This document shows, piece by piece, positions 15,319 through 24,844 of a DNA stretch of 64,000 nt. Made by a program: the position numbers and the translations under genes. The stretch's first letter is position 1. The number at the start of each line of letters is the position of its first letter. Location: IMG/VR virus record IMGVR_UViG_3300044712_001255, positions 248,001 to 312,000 of that record. One strand, given 5' to 3'. The notes under the pieces are model-generated. The model was not told the origin of the DNA and made no database searches. It saw only the letters and a list, made by a program, of their open reading frames with translations.

Positions 15319-15705
15319 ATGGCAAAGAAGCTGAAGAAGAACGCAAAGTCCGAGACCGTTGTCGAGAACGTGGCCGCCGTCACTGTTGACGCTGCCCCTG
15401 CAAACCTGTTTGAGGCGTTCATTGATCTGAGTGATCCTGAGCTGTCTCAGGCAATCGAGCGGCTTGAGGCTGAGCGTAACAGCTGCCTGGCGCATCGAGA
15501 GGATCCTATGGAGATTGAGATTGAGAAGTGTTTCGCTCAGCGTGAGTGGAGACTGCGTGCTGAGCGTTGGAAGGCGCATTGCGCGTATCTCGATGCAGAC
15601 GCAGAGTCTCTTCGAGAGGATCAGTACCCGATCGCAGACCTCGATAATTGGGAGTTCGTCTCAATTTGCAACGGTTCGCGAGCGCCTCGCGTTCAGCGCG
15701 CCTAG
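15319..15705 (+). CDS. hypothetical acidic protein
   Basis: Strong SD AAGGA; 128 aa. Confidence 0.6.
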   Translation: MAKKLKKNAKSETVVENVAAVTVDAAPANLFEAFIDLSDPELSQAIERLEAERNSCLAHREDPMEIEIEKCFAQREWRLRAERWKAHCAYLDADAESLREDQYPIADLDNWEFVSICNGSRAPRVQRA

Positions 15706-15716
15706 GATTTCTTGAC

Positions 15717-16532
15717 ATGAAGCAAACGAGTAAAGAACCAAAGATAGTACAAACGTATCTCGACTCATTGACACGTTTGCCGCAGCTTTCGCACCCTGAT
15801 CTTGTGAACCTTTTCAAGGTTCTTGAAGATACTGAAGAGAAGCTTGCGGCAAAGGAACGAGCTCGCAAGAAGGTCATTGAGTGTAATCTTCGTCTTGTCG
15901 TATCAATCGCAAAGAAGTACTACAAGAACTACAAGTTGCCCATTGAAGACCTCATTCAAGAAGGCAACATTGGACTCATGAAAGCCGTAGAGCGATTTGA
16001 CTACAAGAAGGGTTGGCGGTTTTCAACGTACGCTACATGGTGGATTCGCCAAGCAATCGGTCAGCATGTTCAAAAGCGACGTCGAACCGTGCGATTGCCT
16101 GCGCATGCCGCTGCCGTTCAACGCAAGTTGATTCAGGCTGCTGATGATTTCAAGCAACTGCATGGTACTAATCCTTCGAGCGAAGAACTGCAGGAAGTCG
16201 TCAAGGCTTCAGAGACTGTGGTGCGAGCAACGATGTTTGCGTCTCGAGGAACTGTGTCATTGAATGATCCTGCGTATGCAGCTGCCGGTGGACCTACCAA
16301 GACAATTGCTGATGTTCTTGAGGATGAAGATCCGGGTGCTTGCCCATTCACCAACTGTGCTGACGTAGAGATTGTGAACATTGTTCGACAAATCATGAAA
16401 ACGTTGACGGTGAAAGAGTCTGCGATCCTACGTCTGAGGTTTGGCCTCATTGAGGATGATACGAATTCTGAAGAGTTCCCAATCACTCAAGATGAGATTG
16501 ACAACCTTGACGAAGGACGTGGTTTGACGTAG
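15717..16532 (+). CDS. sigma70-family RNA polymerase sigma factor lacking region 4.2
   Basis: NLRLVVSIAKKY, DLIQEGNIGLMKAVERFDYKKGWRFSTYATWWIRQAI; ends after LTVKESAILRLRFGL. Confidence 0.9.
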   Translation: MKQTSKEPKIVQTYLDSLTRLPQLSHPDLVNLFKVLEDTEEKLAAKERARKKVIECNLRLVVSIAKKYYKNYKLPIEDLIQEGNIGLMKAVERFDYKKGWRFSTYATWWIRQAIGQHVQKRRRTVRLPAHAAAVQRKLIQAADDFKQLHGTNPSSEELQEVVKASETVVRATMFASRGTVSLNDPAYAAAGGPTKTIADVLEDEDPGACPFTNCADVEIVNIVRQIMKTLTVKESAILRLRFGLIEDDTNSEEFPITQDEIDNLDEGRGLT

Positions 16533-16735
16533 CGATGGGCGGTGATGGATATGTATTATCTGTCATCGTTGCCATTTTCTGGAGTCAGCCATGAACTTTT
16601 CTGCTATCCTGGTCATAATTGGTCTCACATGCGCCGGTCTTAGCGCATTAGTTTTTACGTTACCGTTCATGGCCAGGATGCAGTGGTTCAAGGATCTTTT
16701 CATAGAGGAACAACCCGATATCGAAATAGTAGAAC

Positions 16736-17026
16736 ATGATGATGACGAATGAGATTACAGTTGGCATAGCTTTCATCATTGGCATTGCGTTGGGATATGT
16801 GGTGCGCTATGCAAGTGAATTCTTGACATCAAGAAAAGTACCAACACCAAAGCGCCTCAAAAAGGCAGACCTTGTAAAAGATATGCAAGATCGTATGCAC
16901 GATCGTCTCAATGAGATTGACTTGCCATTCGGTCGACCACGAAAAACAGAACATGCTCCGGTGACTGCGATTGGCAACGCTCGGGCAAGAACGATGTTGA
17001 TCAATAGAAAAGAAACAAAAGAGTAA
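16736..17026 (+). CDS. membrane-anchored hypothetical protein
   Basis: N-terminal TM. Confidence 0.5.
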   Translation: MMMTNEITVGIAFIIGIALGYVVRYASEFLTSRKVPTPKRLKKADLVKDMQDRMHDRLNEIDLPFGRPRKTEHAPVTAIGNARARTMLINRKETKE

Positions 17027-17028
17027 AA

Positions 17029-17328
17029 ATGAATCCAGGCAAGAAGTTCAAGGCGGGATATGCTACAGTTACAAGCGACAACGGTGGCGACAATTACCGT
17101 GAAATTGCCGAATTGATGACCCAGATAGGGTTCCCAATGAATCATTCATCTGCTCGTAATCACGTCATTAGGGCGATGCACAAGTTTGTGCTTGCATTTT
17201 GTCAAGCTCAAGGTATTGAATTCTCTGAAAAAGAGCAACTACGCATTGCTCGTGATCCTCGCTTTCAGGAGGCCATTTGCGATGTGATGCAGTACCTTGA
17301 GGCTGAGAAAGAAGATCGCCATATTTAA
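17029..17328 (+). CDS. helix-turn-helix protein resembling sigma region 4.2
   Basis: DNYREIAELMTQIGFPMNHSSARNHVIRAMHKF. Confidence 0.55.
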   Translation: MNPGKKFKAGYATVTSDNGGDNYREIAELMTQIGFPMNHSSARNHVIRAMHKFVLAFCQAQGIEFSEKEQLRIARDPRFQEAICDVMQYLEAEKEDRHI

Positions 17329-17332
17329 GGAC

Positions 17333-17785
17333 ATGAAACTGAAGATCAAGTACCAGCCCACAACGGCTGTGAGTCTTGAAAAGATGTTAAAGCGTCGCAA
17401 GATGTCGTTAGCAACATTCTTGACAGAACAGGGCATTAGCACATACGAAAGCTTGCGATCACGTTGCGCCACGATTGGCATCGTTCCGCCGTCGGAAGAA
17501 GAGTACCTACGTGTGTCTGGTCCAATTGTCTCAAACCCCCAAGAGGGCGTTGTGATTCTTGAGCCTATTCCTATCATCAATGATTCCACCGGTAAGGAAA
17601 CTGAGGAGATAGCTCCCGCACCATCTGCGGCTGATATCGCTGGTATAAAACAAACAGATGATGAGAAACCACGCAAGAAACGTGGAGGCTTTCAGCGATC
17701 TGCAGTCGTGGAATCTGTAGACGCTCCTGAGCGCGCCGACGTCATTGACGCGTTCATGTCTGGTTCAATTTTGCCAACTGCATGA
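17333..17785 (+). CDS. hypothetical protein
   Basis: ORF; ATATTTA at 17321. Confidence 0.55.
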   Translation: MKLKIKYQPTTAVSLEKMLKRRKMSLATFLTEQGISTYESLRSRCATIGIVPPSEEEYLRVSGPIVSNPQEGVVILEPIPIINDSTGKETEEIAPAPSAADIAGIKQTDDEKPRKKRGGFQRSAVVESVDAPERADVIDAFMSGSILPTA

Positions 17786-17820
17786 GTGTAGACAACGTAA
17801 TCATGAGATAGACTGGTCTC

Positions 17821-19149
17821 ATGATCAATCAGACCGTCGTCCAGATCCTAGAAGCACTCGAGAAAACTTCCAAGCGCACGGAGAAGGAAACCATCCTTAA
17901 GCAGCACGTAAAAAACGTGCTGCTTCGACAGGTCTTTGTTGCAGCAATGGATCCGTATACGAACTACGGCATTACGAAGTTTAAGAAGTGTCGTCCAGTC
18001 GCCCAGGAGAATGGCGGATCTGACGTTCTTCTAGAGGCGTATTTGACTCGTGTACTTCCTGTGTTGGCATCACGCGAAGTGAGTGGAAATGCGGCACGAG
18101 ATGTCATTGAAAAGACATTCAGCACGTTCAATGCTGACGAGCAGAAGTGGGCAGAACGCATTCTGTTGCATAATCTTCGATGCGGTGTGCAAGAGAAGAC
18201 TGTGAACAAGATCTGGCCCGGTACCATTTCTCCTTATGCGGTTCAGCTAGCAGTTCCTCTTGAACATCACGTTGTTGGTGAGAAAATCGTTCTTGACGAA
18301 CCCATCGTCTTTCCCGTTCTTGTTGAACCAAAGCTTGACGGTTTGCGACTCACTGCGACGAAAGAGAAGGGCGTTGTCACGCTGCGTACTCGAAACGGTA
18401 CTGAGCTTGATACGTTCCCGTCATTGATCAACTTTCTTACCGAGACCGACGGTGATGATTACGTTCTTGATGCCGAAGCCATGGGTGCAGATTGGAATGA
18501 AAGCGCATCTGTATTGATGTCTCGCAAGCGTAGCAAGGATGATAAGAACATGGTCTACAACTTGTTCGATGCCTTGACTCTGCAGGAGTGGAAGACACAA
18601 GATTGTAAGCGCACGCAAGGCACACGTAGAACTGACATGCTGTCATTGTGGAATCAACGCTGGCAGTGCGGTCCTATCAAGCCTACTGACGCGAAGCTGT
18701 GTCACAACCTTGAAGAAGTTCAAGCGTATTATGTAGAATGTGTTAACGCCGGGTACGAGGGCGTGATGATAAAGGATCCAAATGGTCTCTACACATTCGA
18801 TCGTACCAAGGCGTGGCGCAAGCTGAAGCCTTTCACTACGTACGAAGGCGTCGTGGTTGGGTGGTACGAGGGCAAGCGCGGCACGAAGCGTGAAGGAGAC
18901 TTTGGCGGGTTTAACGTTCTGTTGCCGAATGGCGTTGTCACAAACGTCGGTAGCGGATTCTCTGATGATGAGAAAGCAGAGATCAACAACGACCCAACGT
19001 CTTGGATCGGTAAGATCGTTGAAGTAAAGGGACAGCCCCCGCTGACTGACGACGGCAAGGTGCGCTTCCCGAGCAAGGTACGTTACCGCGAGGCGAGTGA
19101 CGTAGATCCCAAGGTTCTCGAAGCTTACGAAGCTTGGTCGGCTAGGTAA
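17821..19149 (+). CDS. lig: ATP-dependent DNA ligase
   Basis: EPKLDGLR (motif I), LDAE, YNLFD, YEGVMIKD, WRKLK, OB-fold VGSG; promoter at 17786. Confidence 0.92.
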   Translation: MINQTVVQILEALEKTSKRTEKETILKQHVKNVLLRQVFVAAMDPYTNYGITKFKKCRPVAQENGGSDVLLEAYLTRVLPVLASREVSGNAARDVIEKTFSTFNADEQKWAERILLHNLRCGVQEKTVNKIWPGTISPYAVQLAVPLEHHVVGEKIVLDEPIVFPVLVEPKLDGLRLTATKEKGVVTLRTRNGTELDTFPSLINFLTETDGDDYVLDAEAMGADWNESASVLMSRKRSKDDKNMVYNLFDALTLQEWKTQDCKRTQGTRRTDMLSLWNQRWQCGPIKPTDAKLCHNLEEVQAYYVECVNAGYEGVMIKDPNGLYTFDRTKAWRKLKPFTTYEGVVVGWYEGKRGTKREGDFGGFNVLLPNGVVTNVGSGFSDDEKAEINNDPTSWIGKIVEVKGQPPLTDDGKVRFPSKVRYREASDVDPKVLEAYEAWSAR

Positions 19150-19156
19150 TTACATC

Positions 19157-19447
19157 GTGGACAACGATCTGCAACATGCGTTCGCGCGAATAAGTTCTAT
19201 CTTGGAAGCTCACGAAATTATTGATTTTCGTGCAAGATGTTCCATGGGAATTTGGCAGGTCGTATTGCTTGGAAAAAATGGCGTCAAACGAGGCTCTGCC
19301 GACGTAGATCTGAGCAGAGCCTTTAATGACGCAGTGAATTACTACGTTGCAGCAACTACTGAGAATTCAACGGGATATTCACAGGATGGTATTGGAATTT
19401 CTCCCATTTCACTTGATCCACCGCCGTCTCCAAATCGTAGACGCTAG
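19157..19447 (+). CDS. hypothetical protein
   Basis: 96-aa ORF (GTG start). Confidence 0.45.
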   Translation: MDNDLQHAFARISSILEAHEIIDFRARCSMGIWQVVLLGKNGVKRGSADVDLSRAFNDAVNYYVAATTENSTGYSQDGIGISPISLDPPPSPNRRR

Positions 19448-19538
19448 ATCAATAAAATCAATACCTTGTACACGAGTGCAGGTTTACTTTGCCCATGGTA
19501 GAGTCAGACCATAGGCAAGGCAAAGGACACAAACACAC

Positions 19539-21179
19539 ATGGCTAAGAAGACTGCTAAGAATGTTGCTCCGGTTCAGATGTCTGAGGCTGACGCAGCGAA
19601 ACTGCGTGAGGCTGCGGCTCGATTCGATCTCAACGTTCACATCATCAATTTCCTCAGCTCTAACGCATTCTATGCTGAGATCTCTCGTCGAGTTCACAAG
19701 ATCAGCACGAAGGACATTCCCACCGCTGCTGTGGCTTGGAACCAGAAGCTCGACAACATCGTGTTGTACTACAACCCGGAATTCATGTGCCAGCACACCC
19801 CAAAGCAGGTGATTGGCATTCTGAAGCACGAATTCAGTCACTTGTTCTACGGACACTTGAACGCTCGTCGGAAGACTCCACACCGTATGTGGAACATCGC
19901 TACCGATCTTGCAATCAATTCGCTGATTGTTTCGAGCGAGCAGAATTCTGCTTCATATTCTAACATCAACAATCCTCAGGCTGTTTTGCCGGAATGCGCA
20001 TTGATTCCCGGCCACCCGGTTTTCTTTGCAGATCTCAAGCGGCCCTTGACGGCTGATGAGAAGGCTGCGCAGCCCATCGCTGCTCTTATCGAGAAGATGA
20101 AGCCGTTGCTCGCTTCTGAGGATTATTTCCAGCAGCTGATGAAGGTCGCAAAGGAACAGCAGAACACTTGCCCGATGTGTGGCGGTTCTGGCAAGATCAA
20201 GGTGAAGTCTGACGCGGGTGGAGATGAGAATAGCTCAGACGGGCGGGACGGCGTCGAGAAGGAAGGCCAGGACAAGGGCGAAAATGACAAGGGTAATGGG
20301 TCATCTCGCGGAGATGATTCTCACGACGAGGGATGCGAGGGCGATGGAAATTGTTCTTGTGGCCACGGCGATAACGAGCCCGGTGGTTGTAGTGGTCCTG
20401 ATGGTGAATATGATTGCCCTTGCTGCAAGGGCGATGGTGAGCTCGGTGACGGCATTGGTTCGATGGACGATCATGGATTTTGGGATGACATCCCGGAAGA
20501 TATGCGTGAATACGTCGAAAATCGTGTGCGTAACGTGATTGAGCGCGCTGTTGAATCCGCCGATCAGAGCTCGAATGGCTGGGGCTATATGCCTGCTTCG
20601 ATTCGTGAGGAGATTCGTCGGTTCGTATCCAAGAAGGTGCCGTGGCGCTCTGTACTCCGGCAGTTCATTGGAGTGCTTCTGCCAGGCGATCGTTCTACCA
20701 GCATCAAGCGCATCAATCGTCGCTATCCGTATATCCATCCCGGTGTGAAGCGTGGTCGCAAGGCTAAGCTTCTCGTCGCAATCGATATGTCTGGTTCTGT
20801 TGGAGAGGAACTTCTCGCAACGTTCTTTGCGGAACTAACCAACTTGGCAAAGAATTGTGAGATCGATGTTGTCCCGTTCGATTGCTCTGCTGAACCTGAA
20901 CATATCGTCAAGTGGCGACGTGGTGGTCCCCCTCCGATGGGTCGGGTGAAGGCCGGTGGTACCAGCTTTGATGCTCCCACTGACCTTGCCAATGATCCTA
21001 AGAACCGCGGTCGTTGGGATGGTCTGCTAATCGTCACAGACGGGATTTGCAACGCTCCCAAGGAAAGTCGGGTACGTCGCGGATGGGTTCTTGGTCCTGG
21101 GTGCAAGCTGCAATTCGACTCGAACGAGCTCCAGGTCTTCGTAGACAATGAGCGACCGATGGTCGGAGCGTGGAGGTGA
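19539..21179 (+). CDS. metallopeptidase-like plus vWA domain protein (DUF2201-type)
   Basis: HEFSH, NIATDLAIN, vWA DMSGS...GGT...IVTDG; promoter GTGCAG(19476)-17-TAGAGT. Confidence 0.8.
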   Translation: MAKKTAKNVAPVQMSEADAAKLREAAARFDLNVHIINFLSSNAFYAEISRRVHKISTKDIPTAAVAWNQKLDNIVLYYNPEFMCQHTPKQVIGILKHEFSHLFYGHLNARRKTPHRMWNIATDLAINSLIVSSEQNSASYSNINNPQAVLPECALIPGHPVFFADLKRPLTADEKAAQPIAALIEKMKPLLASEDYFQQLMKVAKEQQNTCPMCGGSGKIKVKSDAGGDENSSDGRDGVEKEGQDKGENDKGNGSSRGDDSHDEGCEGDGNCSCGHGDNEPGGCSGPDGEYDCPCCKGDGELGDGIGSMDDHGFWDDIPEDMREYVENRVRNVIERAVESADQSSNGWGYMPASIREEIRRFVSKKVPWRSVLRQFIGVLLPGDRSTSIKRINRRYPYIHPGVKRGRKAKLLVAIDMSGSVGEELLATFFAELTNLAKNCEIDVVPFDCSAEPEHIVKWRRGGPPPMGRVKAGGTSFDAPTDLANDPKNRGRWDGLLIVTDGICNAPKESRVRRGWVLGPGCKLQFDSNELQVFVDNERPMVGAWR

Positions 21180-21183
21180 TATC

Positions 21184-21459
21184 ATGTGGGGATTTCTTAG
21201 GGCAGTATTCTTTCTTTCATTGTTCTCAGGAGCGCTGAAATTCAGTCCACTGCTGAGATTGGTCACAGGAATCATCTTGACGCCAATCTGCGGGTTGGGG
21301 TTTGGAACCCTACTAAGCGTGCCATTTATTCTCCTGTTGCTCTTGGTGGGCGGTGGAGGAGGCTTAGGCTTGATGATTGGCGTATGGGGAACTTGTGTAC
21401 TCATTGCGTCAGGATGGGCATTCATCTCTTTGTTGCTTCCAAGCGTGAGTGACGATTAG
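21184..21459 (+). CDS. small membrane protein
   Basis: Three hydrophobic Gly-rich segments. Confidence 0.5.
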   Translation: MWGFLRAVFFLSLFSGALKFSPLLRLVTGIILTPICGLGFGTLLSVPFILLLLLVGGGGGLGLMIGVWGTCVLIASGWAFISLLLPSVSDD

Positions 21460-21467
21460 CTATATAC

Positions 21468-21719
21468 ATGACATTCTTCTGCGCCGGTGATGCGGTGACG
21501 GTGAAACCCGAATGGGACGCTGTCACCGTTTTTTCGTCATCAACGGCAAGTGATCGTGTTGCTATTGGAGAGTTCAAGCGTGGTCAACATGGTCTCGTAA
21601 TTTCAGTGGGTAAAGACATCGGGCAACCAATGATAGAGATCCTTGTAAGATCATTGGTTGGGTGGGTTGCTACAGCTGGCGTCATTAAGACATCATGGTC
21701 GTCGAACATTGACAGCTAA
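21468..21719 (+). CDS. hypothetical protein (SH3/KOW-like)
   Basis: Short beta-rich ORF; fold is a guess. Confidence 0.35.
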   Translation: MTFFCAGDAVTVKPEWDAVTVFSSSTASDRVAIGEFKRGQHGLVISVGKDIGQPMIEILVRSLVGWVATAGVIKTSWSSNIDS

Positions 21720-21857
21720 AATCCGCGTAGCGTGTGTATAGTATTGTTTGACGTTATGGCAATTCGTATTGTTCGTGGAATTGATCGCACTCGTAACAAA
21801 AAAGTGTATTCTTACGGACGACTAACTCATCCAGGATTAGGCGTAAGAAAAACATAT

Positions 21858-22607
21858 ATGAATGTACGTAATTCGCCAAATGATGGGTCGCCATTCCACC
21901 CAATGAATTTTGGATCAGATTTGAAGTTTTGGCTTCGGGGTGATCTTGGTGTGACGACAAGGGATTCATCAGTTGTAAAATGGGAATGTCAAGTTTCTGG
22001 TATTTCATTTGATGAAACTGGTTTTGGTGATCCTCCTACGCTTGTTGCACAGGATTCACGTCTTAACAACGTTGCAACAGTTCAATTCACAAATTCTCTA
22101 TTGACAAAATTATCGTCAACAGGTCCGATTATTTCAGATACGTGGACTTGGTTGATCATTGGATATTGGGATGCAATTAGCGACGCACCAAACTTGTGGC
22201 AGTTGAATTATTCAATCAGTCCAGCCCTTGTTGCTGGTTTCTTGTTTTCGCGACAAAATTACGTATCATCGTATGATCAAACAACCATTATCTCGGCGCA
22301 ATCAGATGACGCTGACGTTGATGCATTATCTGGAGTTAAGGCAGCATTTCTATTATCACAAGATGCAACAGGAGATGTTAATCAAACAACATTGGGATAT
22401 CGTAATGTGAATAGACGATTAGGCGCAACGGACTATGTTTATTCGCCTACGGCTATTCGATTGGACACAACGCTTTCCATGTCTAATACGTACAACAAAT
22501 TGAGTTCTATTGCTGAAGTACTGGTAATTTCAAAACCAATTTCTGATATCTTTAGGCTGAGCCCATATATTCGTGATCGCTACATGATCGATTTATTGGA
22601 CATCTAA
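21858..22607 (+). CDS. LamG/lectin-like beta-sandwich protein
   Basis: LKFWLRGDLGV..VVKW..SG opening typical of LamG-like tail-associated domains. Confidence 0.5.
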   Translation: MNVRNSPNDGSPFHPMNFGSDLKFWLRGDLGVTTRDSSVVKWECQVSGISFDETGFGDPPTLVAQDSRLNNVATVQFTNSLLTKLSSTGPIISDTWTWLIIGYWDAISDAPNLWQLNYSISPALVAGFLFSRQNYVSSYDQTTIISAQSDDADVDALSGVKAAFLLSQDATGDVNQTTLGYRNVNRRLGATDYVYSPTAIRLDTTLSMSNTYNKLSSIAEVLVISKPISDIFRLSPYIRDRYMIDLLDI

Positions 22608-22608
22608 T

Positions 22609-23364
22609 ATGAAAAACGTAATTGAACGCATCAAAAATGGTGAAATGTTGTTGGCATGGGAAACCATCACGCTTACAAGCTCAAAATCTCAATTGGTTGA
22701 TTGCACACTAGAAATTCAAGTGATGCAAGACGCAATGAAACTACAGAATGATTCTGGTAATTGGGTACGTTTCATGGTGACTGCATATCAACAGCAACAA
22801 ATCGCAGATATTGTTGGTGGAATTTTCCATTCTGAGAAGACGGCAGAAGAACGACACAAGCACGCAAATACAATAATTTCCCCAGTGACTCAAACGCCTC
22901 CAGGAAGCGGCAAAATAACTGCGCTCGCAACCGAGGACGATTACAATCACTACGTAGATCTAGCGCTTCAAAAGGCGCAGCCTGACGGCGTCTTTGGTAT
23001 TGTCTCTGCGGTTGGCAAGCCGTGGTGTCTAACAAACAATATGGCAGGTCAACAACGTTATGGTTCAAAAACAGCGTATAACTTCGGTTGGTTTGACAAT
23101 GGGGGCATATACACAAGCCCATGTGGGCTAAAGTGCTGGCAGGCTGTTGCAAGCGGCATGTCAGAATACGTACACAATGATTCTCACGCCGATCCCTCAC
23201 AAGTTTGTGAATTTCCACATAATGATTGCGTGCTGACACTAGCCGACGGGTCTAGACAAGATTGGAAACTAGCTGACGTCTATCAGCATGAGTTATACTG
23301 CGATTTCGTTACACACGGTGGGCCACTAAAGATCGTTAGACAAAATTCTGTCCCTCTTAGTTGA
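22609..23364 (+). CDS. hypothetical protein
   Basis: 251-aa ORF, conserved-looking YNFGW, HND.H.D.SQ. Confidence 0.55.
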   Translation: MKNVIERIKNGEMLLAWETITLTSSKSQLVDCTLEIQVMQDAMKLQNDSGNWVRFMVTAYQQQQIADIVGGIFHSEKTAEERHKHANTIISPVTQTPPGSGKITALATEDDYNHYVDLALQKAQPDGVFGIVSAVGKPWCLTNNMAGQQRYGSKTAYNFGWFDNGGIYTSPCGLKCWQAVASGMSEYVHNDSHADPSQVCEFPHNDCVLTLADGSRQDWKLADVYQHELYCDFVTHGGPLKIVRQNSVPLS

Positions 23365-23371
23365 TTTTTTA

Positions 23372-23400
23372 GTGTACTTGTGTGCGAGACATGATAACCT
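23372..23400 (+). promoter_or_regulatory. putative promoter GTGTAC-17-TAACCT for second RNA cluster
   Basis: Recurrent motif. Confidence 0.6.
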
Positions 23401-23406
23401 ATACTC

Positions 23407-23540
23407 AAGGTGCTGCGGCATCTACTTCAGGATGGTAAACATGCTACGCCAACTCAACACGATACAGAGAACACATACCGGCTTGATGCTGGTGTGCGGC
23501 CTGTCGTGTTTAGGTTTGCCATCCAGCGTCGGCCTCCTTA
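23407..23540 (+). ncRNA. rod-shaped structured RNA (6S-like?)
   Basis: GGATGGTAAAC/GTTTGCCATCC, AACACGA-CAG/CTG-TCGTGTT, CACATACCGGC/GCTGGTGTG nested helices. Confidence 0.35.
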
Positions 23541-23600
23541 CCCCCTCAGGGGTAAGATTTAGTTGCTGACATAGGCCCCTCGTCCTGGGCTAGAAGTTTT

Positions 23601-23670
23601 CAAAGCGTAGCTCAAAGAGAGCGGCTGATCGTGGAGATCAGTGATGCAGAATCGGTACCTGCCGCTTTGA
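23601..23670 (+). ncRNA. tRNA-shaped RNA with non-canonical anticodon and T arms
   Basis: CAAAGCG/CGCTTTG-A, GCTC/GAGC D stem, GCTGATC-GTGGA-GATCAGT. Confidence 0.5.
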
Positions 23671-23722
23671 CGGATCGAAAGAAAGTTGTTTCGATCTTGT
23701 TCATTGACAATCTGCATTCTTT

Positions 23723-23793
23723 CAGCCTATGGCGTAGTGGTAACGCTCCAGTTCGGGGAACTGGCATCATTGGTTCGATTCCGATTAGGCTGA
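23723..23793 (+). tRNA. tRNA-Pro(GGG), C33 variant
   Basis: CCAGT-TCGGGGA-ACTGG, C1-G72, A73. Confidence 0.75.
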
Positions 23794-23869
23794 CTGGGAA
23801 TACGTCATTTTCCTAGTGCAGGGACGCCTGTTGAGTGAGAGTGACGTAGACCATACACTAGAAAAATGA

Positions 23870-24466
23870 TTGATAGAATTGATCGATATGAAGAAATGTG
23901 ATGCATCTCTTGAAGAGATTCAAAGATTCGTAAAAGAATCAACATGTATTTCGCAAGTTGTCATTGCGCTCAAATTACCGTGTAATGCGAAGTACGCAGA
24001 ATTTGTTCGTCAATTGATCTCACAACACGCACTTGACACATCTCACTTCACACGCAAACGAAAATATGAACGAATCAGAAAAGCTTGTCCTGTTTGTCAA
24101 ACAACGTTTGAAACATACGTAAATCATCCTAAATACAACAAAACAACGTGTTCGTGTGCTTGCGCAAATTCATTCTTTCGTAGTGGAAATAACAACCCAA
24201 ACACAAAGCATGACGAAGATAAGGGAACGTGGATGTACACGTTATGTTGGAAAAATCATGAACATCAATGCGTCATTTGTGGTGAACAAAACATCGTAGC
24301 TGTTCACCATTTTAATGGTAAACATGATGACAATCGACCAGAGAATTTGGTACCTATGTGTCCAACACATCATCAATATTGGCACTCTAAATTTCGATCA
24401 CTCATAGAGGAAAAAGTAAACACATATGTAGAAAATTGGATCTCAACACATCAGAGATTAGTGTAG
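23870..24466 (+). CDS. HNH endonuclease
   Basis: CPVC, CSCAC, CVIC..AVHH.N..H.DN..NLVPMCPTHH; stop lies inside downstream tRNA. Confidence 0.7.
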   Translation: MIELIDMKKCDASLEEIQRFVKESTCISQVVIALKLPCNAKYAEFVRQLISQHALDTSHFTRKRKYERIRKACPVCQTTFETYVNHPKYNKTTCSCACANSFFRSGNNNPNTKHDEDKGTWMYTLCWKNHEHQCVICGEQNIVAVHHFNGKHDDNRPENLVPMCPTHHQYWHSKFRSLIEEKVNTYVENWISTHQRLV

Positions 24467-24522
24467 TGGTTGCACACCTGCCTTGGGGACAGGTTGTCGG
24501 AGTTCGATTCTCCGATCTCTGA
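24452..24522 (+). tRNA. tRNA-Pro(TGG)
   Basis: Loop CTTGGGG, C1-G72, A73. Confidence 0.85.
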
Positions 24523-24523
24523 C

Positions 24524-24770
24524 GCACACGTGGTGGAAAGGCAGACACAACATTAAAAGCGTAAGGTGCTTGTTGGCGTTGATTCGCCAGCATCAAGCAT
24601 GGATCGAGGGAGCGTAACGCGGTGCGGAAAACGGCCAACGGGTACGACAATCGTGAAGTGTGCAGCAGGTTTGCGGATGCACCGGAACGGCGCTCGAGGG
24701 TGTCGTAAGGGAAGCGAGCTTATCCTAAAAGCTGCAGATGTGGATGCGGGTTCGAGTCCCGCCGTGCGCA
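24524..24770 (+). ncRNA. tRNA scaffold with 182-nt structured insert replacing the anticodon loop
   Basis: Leu-type D arm GTG-GAAAGGCAGA-CAC, ACATT/GATGT stem, T arm GCGGG-TTCGAGT-CCCGC, A73. Confidence 0.7.
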
Positions 24771-24773
24771 AAT

Positions 24774-24844
24774 CAGGGACAGGTGTAATGGTTGCACCTC
24801 TGTTTCGGGAACAGATAGTCGGAGTTCGATTCTCCGGTCCTTGA
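24774..24844 (+). tRNA. tRNA-Pro(CGG)
   Basis: TCTGT-TTCGGGA-ACAGA. Confidence 0.88.

Noticed and set aside
19539-21179. Ro60/TROVE protein as partner for the Y-like RNAs
   Set aside because: The vWA domain is fused to an HExxH peptidase-like domain, not a TROVE repeat
24524-24770. Canonical tmRNA or group I intron
   Set aside because: No G3:U70, D stem present, no ssrA-like tag in any frame; no recognisable P7/R/S core and the insert does not end in G
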